Shown piece by piece: positions 44,452 to 64,000 of a stretch of 64,000 nucleotides of DNA (within the stretch, counting starts at the first letter, position 1; every line of letters begins with the position of its first letter). The notes under the pieces were generated by a model. The model saw only the letters and a program-made list of their open reading frames with translations. It made no database searches and had not been told where the DNA came from. The translations under genes were made by a program, and so were the position numbers. The stretch comes from the human T2T-CHM13v2.0 reference genome, Homo sapiens. Location of the stretch: NCBI RefSeq assembly GCF_009914755.1, contig NC_060925.1. One strand, 5' to 3'.

Positions 44452-45212
44452 AAAAATCTTGGGCTCAAGTGATCATCCCACCTTGGCCTCCTAAAGTTCT
44501 GGATTACAGGTGTGAGCCACGGTGCCCAGCCCATACTTAACTTTTAGAATATAAAACAATTTTGGAGTTCTTAGATAATTAAGGAGGAGATACTAGGCTT
44601 CCTAATAATATGACATAAGGGGCCTAACTAGAATAAGGAAAAGTAATGTGATCACATTTATATTCTAAGAGTATGGTATTGTTCATATCGGTTAAACATC
44701 TAACTATGGGTGGCCCTCAGTTCTGAGCTCTACACTGGTGTAACCAGTAGCTTACTAGACATCTTCACTTGGATATCTCACTGGCACTTCAGAGCAAACA
44801 CATCTAAAATGGAATTGACCATAATCTGTTTCACACTTTTTTTCCCTCTTCTGTTCCCTACCTCAGTTGTCCAAGCCAGAAACTTGGAAATCATTCTTAG
44901 GGCTTTTTCTTTCTCTCTGCACCTTTGATGCAGTTAACAGGTCCTGTGGTTTCTACTTTCTGGATCTCTCTAAAGTCCACCTGTGTTCGTCCGTCCCCGT
45001 TATCATTGTCTCAGTACTAGTCACTAACACCTCTCCCTCAGCTAATTATAATATCCTACTAATTTGCACAGGATTTGCCAGTGGAGTGGATATGAAGTAT
45101 GTGAGAAAGAGAGAACTCAGGGATCACTCCGAGGTTTTGGCCTGAGCAACTGAAAAAAAAAATTGACTTGTCACTTATTGAGCTGGTGAAGACAAGTATA
45201 AAAGTGGATGTG

Positions 45213-47308
<2,096 letters not shown>

Positions 47309-47686
47309 CATTTAATTGTTTTAAGCAAGCAAGTAACATATAGGAAGAGTCTTGTGAGGGCTTTTTGAAGGATGAGTTTAAAGACAATGAGACTGGCATA
47401 AGTGAACCCGTTGAAGGCTTTCTCAGTCAAGTAGGTGAGGGAAGATGAAACTTGAGGTGGTGCCAATGGGACGGAAAGAGGAGGCAGATTGGAGAAATAG
47501 TGAGGTTATAGAGGCAATAAGACTTGTTCATTTATTGGATGTGAGGAAAGGACAAGGAAGGAGTCCAGGATGATTTCCAGGTTTCTGGTTGAGGCAACTG
47601 GATGGGTGGTAAGGAACTGGGACAGGGAATAGAGGAGCAGGCTGGTGACAGGCCGTAGAGCACATTGGTTATGTGCATCCTCCCGG

Positions 47687-48263
47687 CCTCCCAGAAGGAA
47701 TCCATCACTTTTTCCACTTTTATAGGTGTTTCCGCACTGTCTTTCTGTCCGGATCTGGCAGACCTGGGTTTGAGTCCTGGCTCTGGACTTATAAGCTGTG
47801 TGATGTTGAGCATATTATGTAATTTGAGCCTATTTCCTCAACTGTAAAATGGAAATACAACTTACTTCTTGTTTGTGTATGTCTGAATTGAATGCACAGT
47901 GTGTGGTATGCAGTGGGCACTCCATAGTGTTGGCTATTTTTATTACTCAGAAAGGGGTCAGGGAAGAGGCCCAGGACAAATGGGTGAAGGCTTTAAGCAA
48001 GGCTTCTAGGTCAAAAGAGGAAAAACACAACATGTGGCAGACCAGCTGAAGCCAGAGGGAGGCCAGAGCTGAGCTACCACCACATGTTGCTGAGCAGATG
48101 AGTCACTGCAGGCAGCAGGTCAGGCTACCCAGGCCACAGCAGACTGGGCTGGGCTCTACACGATGACTTCATTGTATGCCTTTTTTGTCCTCTCCTCCTC
48201 CCAGAAGGAATCCATCACTTTTTCCACTTTTATAGGCGTTTCCACACTGTCTTACTGTCCGGA
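47687..48263 (+). repeat. Direct repeat of 67 bp, two copies (47687-47753 and 48197-48263)
   Basis: CCTCCCAGAAGGAATCCATCACTTTTTCCACTTTTATAGG(T/C)GTTTCC(G/A)CACTGTCTT(T/A)CTGTCCGGA; 64/67 identical, offset 510 bp. Confidence 0.95.
47757..47945 (+). mobile_element. MIR SINE fragment (a second, more degenerate MIR lies at about 48290-48470)
   Basis: GACCTGGGTTTGAGTCCTGGCTCTG...AGCTGTGTGA...TTTCCTCAACTGTAAAATGG is the MIR core. Confidence 0.75.
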
Positions 48264-48619
48264 AAGAGCAAACACGGTGGAAAGGGACAGAAGAGCCAGA
48301 ATTCCGTCTAGTTTGATCACTGATTTGCTGGGTGACCTGGTGCATTTCACTTCGCCTCAGTCTCTTTATCTGTAATATGAGAATGCGCAGATTTGCCTCC
48401 TAAGTGTGATGTGAGAATTAGGTGAGAGTTGGCAGGCACTAAATAAAAAAGCATGCATTAGCCTTCTATTCATTAGTTGTGTTATTCTGTCTCCTTCCTG
48501 CTCCCGGCCCCTCTCTCCCTAGTTCTTTGAGGACACCGATCGACTCGAACTCATTTTTGGGTCCCCAGCACTGAGCTTGGCCCAGCAGTTTCATGAATGG
48601 ATGAATGAAAGATTCAATG

Positions 48620-49390
48620 GGAGTCCGCAGCCGCTGACGGCGCGCCGAGAGCCCCGCCCGCTTCTGGTCCTCCGACTGCGCGCCAGGGCCACGGGCGGGT
48701 CCTTTGCGACCGTTCGCTGGCGCGTGCGCGGGAGGCGGCGCGCGGCCGGAGGTGGCGGGCGGGCTCCCGGTGCGCGCGCGTGAGGGGCGGGGCCGGCCGA
48801 AGGCTGGCTGTAGGCAGGCGGCTGAGCCGGCGGCGGGTGGCCTGCCCAACGTGTGCTGGGTGGGAGAAGGCGAGGCGGCAGCGATGCTGTCTCTTCCGTG
48901 AGGAGCGCAGAGGAGGTCGCGGCGCCGGAGGCCCCAGAAGGCTCGAAGGCGCCGCGGGCTGGGGTCGGTGGCTTAGGGAGCCCGTCCGGCCATGGTGGCC
49001 GCGGGTGGTGGTTGGCGCGGCTGCGCTGCGGCCCGGGGCAGTGCGGAGCCGGGACAGTCGCGGCGCTGACGCCCGCGGGCCCCAGCTGCAGATATGAAGC
49101 GGAGCCGCTGCCGCGACCGACCGCAGCCGCCGCCGCCCGACCGCCGGGAGGATGGAGTTCAGCGGGCAGCGGAGCTGTCTCAGTCTTTGCCGCCGCGCCG
49201 GCGAGCGCCGCCCGGGAGGCAGCGGCTGGAGGAGCGGACGGGCCCCGCGGGGCCCGAGGGCAAGGAGCAGGTAGGGCGGGTTGGGATCCGGGAGGGTGAA
49301 CCTGAATGGAAGCCGTGGGGGAGGGGATCTTCGGCGGGAGGACCCGGGCTGGAGCTTTGGAGGGGTGGGGTCTGAGTAGTTCGCGGGGAG
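48620..49390 (+). promoter_or_regulatory. MAST2: CpG island promoter of MAST2
   Basis: Dense CpG content against a CpG-poor background; NRF1-like GCGCGTGCGC at 48720-48729 and GC box GGGGCGGGG at 48784-48792 upstream of the exon. Confidence 0.9.
49094..49270 (+). CDS. MAST2: Microtubule-associated serine/threonine kinase 2, first coding exon (59 codons); intron 1 continues past the window end
   Basis: MKRSRCRDRPQPPPPDRREDGVQRAAELSQSLPPRRRAPPGRQRLEERTGPAGPEGKEQ is the N-terminus of human MAST2 as I recall it. Ends at a phase-0 donor CAG|GTAGGG at 49270/49271 and lies within the CpG island. Confidence 0.92.
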
Positions 49391-51602
49391 GAGTGGGAGG
49401 TCTGGGGAGGCCGAGAAATGGGGAGTGGAGAAATGGAAGTGGTGGCCTGGGGTTGTATTGGAAATGGGGGTGTAGAAGAATGAAAAATTGGTGCAAGAGA
49501 TAGTCAGGGGTTCTGGATGGGGCGAAAGGACGCTGGAATGTGGGCTGAGTGTGTGAGCTGCAACGAGTAGGCTTACTAAAGAGGCGTTGAGGAGTTATCC
49601 ATAGGAGTAAATAGAGTAAGATGTAAGTCAATTTGATGTAGTGTTATCCTGTTTTCTAGAGGTTGTCCTTAAAATTGTAAAAACGGATGACACTCCCAAG
49701 CATTCTCTGATTTGGCCATCATTATACTTTTGTACCAGTGTGTTCACAATCATTGTTAAGGCTCTCTTTACCAACCATCTATTTCACAAGAAAGCACTTG
49801 TGAAACACCTGCATGTGAGCAGTGTTAAGCCCAATTTTGTGAACAGAATTCGTAGATATATGGTTTGCCTGCTAGTTTTCCACTGAAAACACATTACTGG
49901 GAAAACACAGCAGCATACAAATATTCATGGAGTTTCTGAATGAACAGGATATGTTTATGTAATTTATTAGTCAAGAGTAGGTGTATTTATGAGTAGGGGA
50001 TAAAGGTCAGTTTTATCAGGCAGGAGAAGCTGCCACTAGTAGCGGTAATAAGTTTAGTGAAAGGAGAATAAGTAATCCTTGGTCTTGTTGGATTTACAGA
50101 AAAATGTTCTGTAGTAATGAACTCTAGTGACAGCTTTCCTTTTGTTCAGCTCTATTCGGGATCCTACTGACTTCATCCATGAATGTTTTAAGACTTCTTA
50201 TAGGTCTCTTACCTCTTTTCTCTCAGATAAATTAGCATTTTCCTTAGACATTTTTTTTTTTTTTTTTTTGAGACGAAGTCTCGCTCTGTCGCCCAGGGGA
50301 GAGTGCAGTGGCATTATTTCGGCTCACTGCAACCTCCACCTCCTGGGTTCAGCGATTCTCCTGCCTCAGCCTCCCGGCTAGCTGGGATTACAGGTGCCTA
50401 CCACCATGTCCAGCTAATTTTTTTGTATTTTTAGCAGAGACAGGGTTTCACCATGTTGGCCAGGCTGGTCTGGAACTCTGACCTCAGGTAATCGGGATTA
50501 CAGGCATGAGCCAGTGTGCCCGGCCCTTTAGACAGTTTAAAAATTATATACCATGCTAGGTAGCCCTTGGACTTTTCCCCCCTTTTGTTCTTCCACCTCT
50601 TATTCCCCACTGAGCCCTGAGGAGACTGCACCATTGACCATCTCTGCCCCGCTTCTAGCTGCTGAGCATTGTCCTCTTGCTGCAATTTACTCCCCCATGT
50701 GCCTAATACTTATCTTTTACATTCTCTGCAGTATCATCTAGTCAAAACTTGTACAATGAACTTCAAGTCCAGGTCCTTTCCTGTCTCAGTTTACCTGTCC
50801 AGTTGACCTTACTGCGTATTTCATGGTAGAGTTCAAGATTACTTGATTTTTCCCTCCTCTTTATTTTATGATTTTTGTGTTTTCTCATCCTTAGCTTCAG
50901 TCTCAGAGAAAAGTACTCATCCTCCTCTCCGAGGCTAATTTCTCTACTTATGTCCTTGATTTCATCCTCTTTTGTTTGCCTTAGACCCTTGTTACTCTCT
51001 TTGTTTTATATCACAAATAAAAACAAAACAACATAATTTCCCTGAATTGTGTAACCTACCCAAACTACTTTGTTATCTCTTCTTTGCTTCCCCAACAACC
51101 TTCTTGAAAAATGAGTTTGTATTCAGTGTCTTAGCTTCCTCACCTTGTATACATTTCTAATATGGTTTGGCTTCTTCACTTATGCTTTCCCAAAACTGAT
51201 GTCTTTAAGGTCACCGAAAGCTTTTTTTGTGTGGGATTACTTTTTTATTGAGGTTTGACAAATCAAAGGTTCATTCAGTCCATGAAATATTACAGAATGA
51301 GTACCTGTATGATCACAACTCACATCAGGATGGAGAACATTCCCAGTACCCTAGAATGCTCCCTGTGCTTTCTCCTAGCACTACTCTTTTACAGATGTAA
51401 CCTCCCTCACCACCTCTGTCACTATAGATTTGTTTTGAACTAATACTTCATATAAATGGAATCATAGTGTGTACTGTTTTGTGACCAGATTCTTTCATTC
51501 GGATCATGTCTTGAGACTCATCCATGTTGTTGCTTGTAGAAACAGTTCTTTTTCATTGCTGTGTAATTTTCCATTGTATGAATGTATTGTGATGGTTACT
51601 AA

Positions 51603-52091
<489 letters not shown>

Positions 52092-52702
52092 TAGAGGTGG
52101 TATCTTACCATGTTGCTCAGGCTAGCCTCGAACTCCTGGGCTCAAGTGATTCTCCCACCTTGACCTCCCAAAGTGCTGGGATTATGGGCATGAGTGCCCA
52201 GTTTGTTTTTCAAATTGAAATATAATTCATGGCTACTTGTGAAAAGTTTTCATTGTGAAATAGTTACAGAGAGAAATATGTAAAAGTCCTGGGAACCTTT
52301 AAATTACTAAATCTGATAGTCTTTTCCTCATCTTGTCTGACCTCTGTGAACTATTTGTCACTGTTGACTGTGTGTTCCTTGTTGACATTTTTTTCTTTTT
52401 TAATATTATAATATCCATTCTGTTACTGCTTCTCTAACTGCTCTCTTGTGTGTCTTTGTCTTGTGTTTTCTCTTCCTGTTCCTGAAATGTTCCTTGAGGA
52501 CATGTCCTCTGTCCTTAGCTTGATCCTTTATTGTGCTCTATTTAGCAGGCTCATTCTGTTTGTAGATGTTGAGGATGTAGAACAAGGGTCTGCAGTCCTC
52601 TTTATTTATGGCATTGTGTCACAGAACATCCTTGTAAAGTGAGCTGAGTCTCTTTAGGTGTGACCTCTTTCCTTAGCTCTACATTTCCATTTTTGTGCTT
52701 AA

Positions 52703-53095
<393 letters not shown>

Positions 53096-53370
53096 TAATA
53101 ATTTATGATTTTAAAAAGGCCAAAATTTTCATTGTATGTGTCGAGACTGGTTGAATTCTATTTATTTGGGTAGTAAGAGCCCAGCTGATCAGCAAGCATC
53201 TACATCTCACACGTAACTTTTTTTTCCCTTTCTCATGACATGGAACAGTGCTTGTTACAGTTTTTATTATACTAGTATTTAAGAATACGTTCTAATCAGG
53301 ATGTAGGACTTGGATCTCCAGAAGGTCAGTGGTTTACTGTATCATGAAAATAGAATAATTTCTGTGTTGA

Positions 53371-53556
<186 letters not shown>

Positions 53557-55682
53557 TGAGTAGCGCATGCCTGGCTAATTTTTTGTATTTAGTAGAGATG
53601 GGGTTTCACTGTGTTGCCCAGGCTGGTCTCGAACTCCTGAGCTCAGGCAATCCACCCGCCTTGGCCTCCCAAAGTATTAGGATTACAGGCGTGAGCCACC
53701 GTGCCTGGCCCACATCTGTAGTCTTTTACTTCTTCTCCTTTGACTCCCTTAGCCAGTCTGGCATTAGGTTCTCTCGATTCTGCCTTCATGAAATCTTTCA
53801 AACCATTATTCCCATTGTCACTACCTTAATTTCATATTTATAAACTTTAGTCTTGGTTGTTGCAGTATCTTAACTGTATTTACTCAGTCTTCAGTCTCTT
53901 AACCTCTAATATATTTCACGTTCTATTAACAAAAGATTGGAACTCATTGCCTCCCTGGCTAATGGTAAGTGCTTTATAAATACTCGTTAAATGTTCATTT
54001 CATTTCTCCTTATTCATATACCTTCATTAGCTTCTTATTACCCATAGAATTAAGCCTGAAGACCTTGGCATTCAAGATCTACTTGATACTTAGCACTTTT
54101 TGTTAGAAGAGTCAGTTAGTTGCCACTTCTCTTGGTTCCTTAGGACCGTCTGCTTTTCTCGATCATGGCATACAATATTAAAATTATCTTGTTTCTCTCA
54201 TTAGTAAGTTCTTTGAGAGTCAGACTGTTCCATTTACTTCTGTATACCTAGGGCTTAGTATAGTACTTGAAACATAGTTATTTGTGTATTTATTAGAAAC
54301 ATAGATATTTGCTCAATGTCCTAATTGATTGTAAGTCAGTCAAATGAATTCCTCTGAGGCTGTCTTAATCATCATGGTATCTTCAGCCTCTAGTATTTTA
54401 ACTGGTATGTAATAGACATTCAGTAAGTAATTGTTTATTGTTAGGCACTTTGATATACTTTAATTAGTCATCAGTTTGAGAAGCTCTTTATTCTCTGCTT
54501 CCGCATATTAAAATTCTACTCAGTTTTCCAGGCCTAACTCAAATGCCACAGAAACTTCTGTGAGGCCAGGTGTGGTGGCTCATACTTGTAATCCCAGCAC
54601 TTTGGGAGGTTGAGCAGGCGGGTTGCTTGAGCTCAGGAGTTTGAGACCAGACTGAGCAACATGGTGAAACCCCATCTCTACAAAAAATACAAAAATTAGT
54701 CGGGGTTGGTGGTGCGCGCCTGTGGGCCCAGCTACTTGGGAGGCTGAGGTGGGACCCCTGGAAGTTGAGGCTGCAGTGAGCCAAGGTTGTACCACTGCAC
54801 TCCAGTCTGGGTGACAGAATGAGACCGTGTCTCGTAAAGAAAGCAAAAAACAAACAAACAAAAAACAAAAACAAAACCACACACCCAAAAAGAAACTCTT
54901 CTGCAAAGTTGTTTTTCCACATGGGATCCTAGGAGGATCCTTAATTGGGCTTCAGGAAATCTGTGAATGTCCTGAAATTCCAGTTCTCAAAATTCTGTGG
55001 TTTAAAAGTGAAAGCTTAGGTTCCAAGAGATCAAATGCAAAAATGACTGGAAAGCACATAATAAGTAGGTGCTTAATAAGTAGTCTTATCTCATTTTGTT
55101 TCTGTAACATATTGTTTGATCCATTCCTGGTCATATAAAGTAGATGCTGAATAAATATTTGCTGAATGAAAGGATGAATCAGTGTTTTAGCACTTTCAAC
55201 TTTCTGTGTTCATTTGTATTTCATTTTTGCTTTTAAGTTGCATGTTATTGAAGGTAAGAACTATGTCATCATTTTGTCTAACAATGCAGAGCTAAAGGCT
55301 TTGCTCACAATAGGTGCTCAGTCATTATTTATTGAATGAATGAATGGAGAATGATTCAAATATTTTGAATTTTGGTAATTTGAGTAATAATGGTTATATG
55401 ATAGGAGTAGACAAAGGAAATAGAATATTTTTGAGGATGGCAGAAGATGAGTTCAACTTTAGTTCCTAAAATACCCTCAGTGTGACAGAAATTTTAAAAA
55501 ATTATTTTAATGGAAATCAGAACCTCTTTCCTCTGCATTACAGGGTTAGTACATTGGGAAAAGCATAGGGCAGAAAGCACACAGAAGGGAAGCTGCGTAA
55601 TATATATAGGGAACTATAATCGGTTTGTTATTGCCAGACCCAGAGCTTTACGTTGAAGGTGTAAATGCTAGGTTAGAGATTA

Positions 55683-56289
<607 letters not shown>

Positions 56290-56350
56290 TGATCCACCTG
56301 GCTCGGCCTCTCAAAGTGTTGGGATTACAGGCGTGGGCCACCGTGCCTAG

Positions 56351-56722
<372 letters not shown>

Positions 56723-56773
56723 TAGTAGAGACGGGGTTTCACTATGTTAGTCAGGATGGTCTCGATCTCCTGA

Positions 56774-57073
<300 letters not shown>

Positions 57074-58167
57074 TGATCCGCCTGTCTCGGCCTCCCAAAG
57101 TGCTAGGATTACAGGCGTGAGCCACTGCGCCTGGCCTAATTTTTGTATTTTTAGTAAAGATGGGGTTTCACCATGTTGGCCAGGCTGGTCTGGACCTCCT
57201 GACCTCAGGTGATCTGCCCGCCTTGGCCTCCCAAAATGCTGGAATTACAGGTGTGAGCCACCGCGCGCGGCACAGGAGCAGTATATTCTTATTTGTGTTT
57301 TAGTTGGATTACTCTGGCAACTGTGTGGAGGATAGGATGCAGGACATGCTGTTTGAGACATGAGCATTTGAGAAATCTTCCGAGTTTTCAGTGCAAAAGT
57401 TTATTTGACCTCCTTTCCCTCTTATCCAGGGTATGGGTAAGGGCTAGCTCCTAAAAAGGTGTTAACTTTGAAATATTTAGTTTCATCAAAAGTACTGGGA
57501 GCAGAGAGTCTATGGTGGCTTGAAGCAGGTTGGCAAATGTTCCCTGATGAGGGTAGGACACATGTGATTACAGAGTTTTCCCATCATTGTTCTGGATGTC
57601 TCTTGGCCTAAAGATCAATCTGTAAGCCTTTTTTTTTTTTTTTTTTTTTAGACGGAGTCTCGCACTGTTGCCCGGGCTGGAGTACAGTAGTACCATCTTG
57701 GCTCACTGCAACCTCCGCCTCCCAGGTTCAAGTGATTCTCCTGCCTCAGCCTCCCAGTAGCTGGGATTACAGGCATGTGCCACCACGCCTGGGTAATTTT
57801 GTATTTTTAGTAGAGACTAGGTTTCTCCATGTTGGTCAGGCTGTCTCAAACTCTCGACCTCAGGTGATCCGTCCACCTCGGCCTCCCAAAGTGCTGGGAT
57901 TACAAGCATCGGCCACTGTGCCTGGCCCTACTCCTATTTTTAATAGTCCGTGTAACATTTTCATTTGGATAGCTCAGAGACCTCTCAAACTTAACATGTC
58001 CAAAAATGAAGTCTTGATTTTCACTTTCTAGTCTGCTTCTTCCCCAGTCTGCCTCATGTCAATAGATGGCACTACTCATTTACCAGAACAAAACTGGAGG
58101 TTGTGTTTGATTTTTTTCTTAACCTTACCTGTATTCCACATTCAGCCCCTCAGGTCTGTTTGCTGCT

Positions 58168-58450
58168 ACAGTTGTCCCTCAATATCTCTCGGGGATTGAG
58201 TACATGACCCCCTGCAGATACCAAACTCTGGTATGCTCAAGTTCTATCTATAAAATGGCATAGTATTTGCATGTAACCTATGTATATCCTCCCATGTACT
58301 TTAAATCATCTCCAGATTATTTATAATATGTAATACAATGTAAATGCTATGTAAATAACTGTTACACTCTATTACTTAGGGAATAGTGACAAGAAAAAAA
58401 TATCTATACATGTTCAGTATAGATGGAACTATTCATTTTCTTTTTCTCTG
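58168..58450. mobile_element. MER2 (Tigger-family) element
   Basis: CAGTTGTCCCTCAATATC...CAGATACCAAA...TGCTCAAGT...TAAAATGGCATAGTATTTGCA...TACAATGTAAATGCTATGTAAATA. Confidence 0.82.
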
Positions 58451-58454
58451 CATA

Positions 58455-59988
<1,534 letters not shown>

Positions 59989-60367
59989 TCAAAAATAAAA
60001 AGAAAAAGCTATCTTGACCTTTGATTTGTTGGTGTTATTAAACTGTTCTTTTATTTTATTCAGCTTGAAAGGAGACTTTAATTTGTGCATTTTCCCCTTC
60101 AGGGAAACTTTTATGGATTTTTTTATTAAGTAACTGGCTTAGAAGATAGAATAGTCTCCCTAGGTTTTAGAATGTAATTAAGAAAAATTCAGCCCAAGGG
60201 AACCATGTGTTAAAATTAGGTGATACCATCTTAGTTGTACCAGCTTGAGTGTAGGTTCCTTAAGAGTGAACCTGAGTAGTAGATGCATATATCCTTTAAC
60301 CATTAATTTGTTGGAGATTAATAAGCTACATCGTTTCTTTGCCGTTATTTCAGCAAAGCAGAAGTAA

Positions 60368-60496
<129 letters not shown>

Positions 60497-61134
60497 TGAG
60501 TAGCTAGGACTACAGGCACATGCCATCACACCCAGCTAATTTTTATGTTTTTAGTAGAGATGGGGTTTCACCATGTTGGGCAGGCTAGTCTTGAACTCCT
60601 GACCTCAGGTGATCCACCCTCCTCAGCCTCCCTAAGTGCTGGGATTACAGGTGTGAGCCACCGTGACTGGTCAGACTTTCTATCTGTTAGGCTTTCAGGA
60701 ATGTTTTGAAAAGCAGAGGATTTAGAAATAGTTGTTAATAGTTTTTTTTTAAAGTCCTTAAGTTATTTCATAGGGGTGTTACCAAGGTGATTTTTGTTTA
60801 AATGACCCAGGAACATTTAAGTTCTACCTTTAACCAGTAAGAGAAAGTGATACTTTGTGACTAGCTCAGTCTTTGGTCTTTTATATTAAAGAACATTACT
60901 TGCTGTAACTGATTCACAAGGACCCCTTGATTGAGGTGCTTCCATTTTCTACACATGGCTTCCAAGTTCAGCTGAGGAAAGTGGAGGATGGGCCAATCCT
61001 AGAAATGGATTAATCACTTCCACTCATATTCCATTGCCAGAACTCAGTTTCAGGGCCATGCCTAACTACTGGAGGGCTGGGAAATGTCATGTGGCCTGTG
61101 CCTAGGAGGAAGGTGAATCATGCTTGATCAACAT

Positions 61135-62986
<1,852 letters not shown>

Positions 62987-62988
62987 TA

Positions 62989-64000
62989 TTAGGTTGTTGC
63001 AAAAGTAATTGTGGTTTTGGACTGTGAATTTTAAATCATTATAACTAGGCTCAAACACATCTTTATTAATCAAAATAGGAACCATTACAATCAACACATT
63101 TTCGCCAATGAGAAATGTTTGTTCTTGTTGTGTAAAAATCCATGCTTTGGGATTTGACGAACTCTTGGAAAGAATGTTCTGCATCCTGCTGGTCATGGAA
63201 ATGTTTTCTCTGCAAAACGTTGTCGAGATGCTTGAAGAAGTGGTAGTTGGTTGGTGAGAGGTTAGGTGAATATGGCGGGAGGGAAAACTTCATAGCCCAA
63301 TTCGTTCACTTGTTGAAGCTTGGTTGTGTGATGTGCAGTTGGGTGTTGTTGTGGAGAATTGGGTCCTTTTTGTTGACCAATGCTGGTGTCAGGCGTTGCA
63401 GTTTTTGGTGCATCTCATTAAGATTGCTGAGCATACTTCTCAGATGTTATGCTTTCACTGGGGTTCAGAAAGCTGTAGTGGATCAGACTGACAGCAGACC
63501 ACCAAACAGTGACCGTGACCTTTATTTGATGCAAGTTTGGCTTTGGGAAGTGCTTTGGAGCTTCTTCTCAGTCCAGCCACTGAGCTGGTTGTCACAGGTT
63601 GTCATATAAAGTCCACTTTTCCTTGCATGTCACAGTGTGATCGAGAAGTGGTTCATTGTTCTGTAGAATAAGAGAAGATGACACTTCAAAATGATGATTA
63701 TTTGATTTTCACTCAGCTCATGAGGCACCCACTTAACGAGCTTTTTCACCTTTTCGATTTGCTTCAAATGCTGAATGACTGTAGGATGGTCGATGTTGAG
63801 TTCTTCGGCAACTTCTTGTGTAGTTCTAAGAGATGATTGCTCACAATTGGTCGTTGTGAACTTCCGATGGTCGGCCACTACACTCCTCACCTTCAAGGCT
63901 TGCCTCCTTTGCAAAACTTTTTGAACCACCACTGCACTGTACAGTTGTTAGCAGTTCCTCTCCAAATGCATTGTTGATGTTGTGAGTTGTCTCCTTTGCT
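62989..64000 (-). mobile_element. Hsmar1 mariner transposon with disrupted transposase, continuing beyond the window
   Basis: TA target (62987-62988) then TIR TTAGGTTGTTGCAAAAGTAATTGTGG. Minus-strand ORFs give PPYSPNLSPTNYHFFKHL...QDAEHSFQEFV and TTQEVAEELNIDHPTVIQHLKQ...WVPHELSENQ (mariner YSPDL and WVPHEL motifs). Confidence 0.95.

Noticed and set aside
48591-49631. 346-aa minus-strand ORF and other overlapping ORFs across the CpG island
   Set aside because: Low-complexity Pro/Ala/Arg translation expected from stop-poor GC-rich DNA; antisense to the real exon, non-ATG start, no recognisable domain.
63066-63932. SETMAR gene or an active transposase
   Set aside because: Multiple frameshifts and stops, no SET domain, and flanked by a TIR inside an L1, so it is a dead Hsmar1 copy.

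Overview
Primate (almost certainly human) genomic DNA with a very high Alu density. The only real protein-coding sequence I can support is the first coding exon of MAST2 (+ strand, ATG 49094, splice donor after 49270) inside a CpG-island promoter; everything to its right is MAST2 intron 1. The left end holds most of a decayed class I (gamma-like) endogenous retrovirus of the HERV-I/HERVIP10 type on the minus strand (5' LTR, tRNA-Pro PBS, gag, pro, pol, start of env), running off the window. Also present: a 5'-truncated SVA, an RPL6 processed pseudogene that unusually lacks its 3' end and is fused to antisense L1, an Hsmar1 mariner running off the right end, Tigger3/MER2/MER1B/MER5/MER58 DNA transposon relics, MER21 and MLT1 LTRs, old and young L1 fragments, and dozens of Alus. 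Most ORFs in the supplied track are Alu- or microsatellite-derived artefacts. I found no convincing new multi-gene system. The best leads are regulatory: a 67-bp near-perfect duplication with splice-acceptor and TATA-like features just upstream of the MAST2 promoter, two uORFs in frame with MAST2, and a provirus pointing toward the neighbouring gene (recalled as IPP, whose mouse orthologue is LTR-driven). Gene and repeat-family names come from my recognition of the sequence, not from a database search, and repeat boundaries are approximate unless target-site duplications (TSDs) are quoted.
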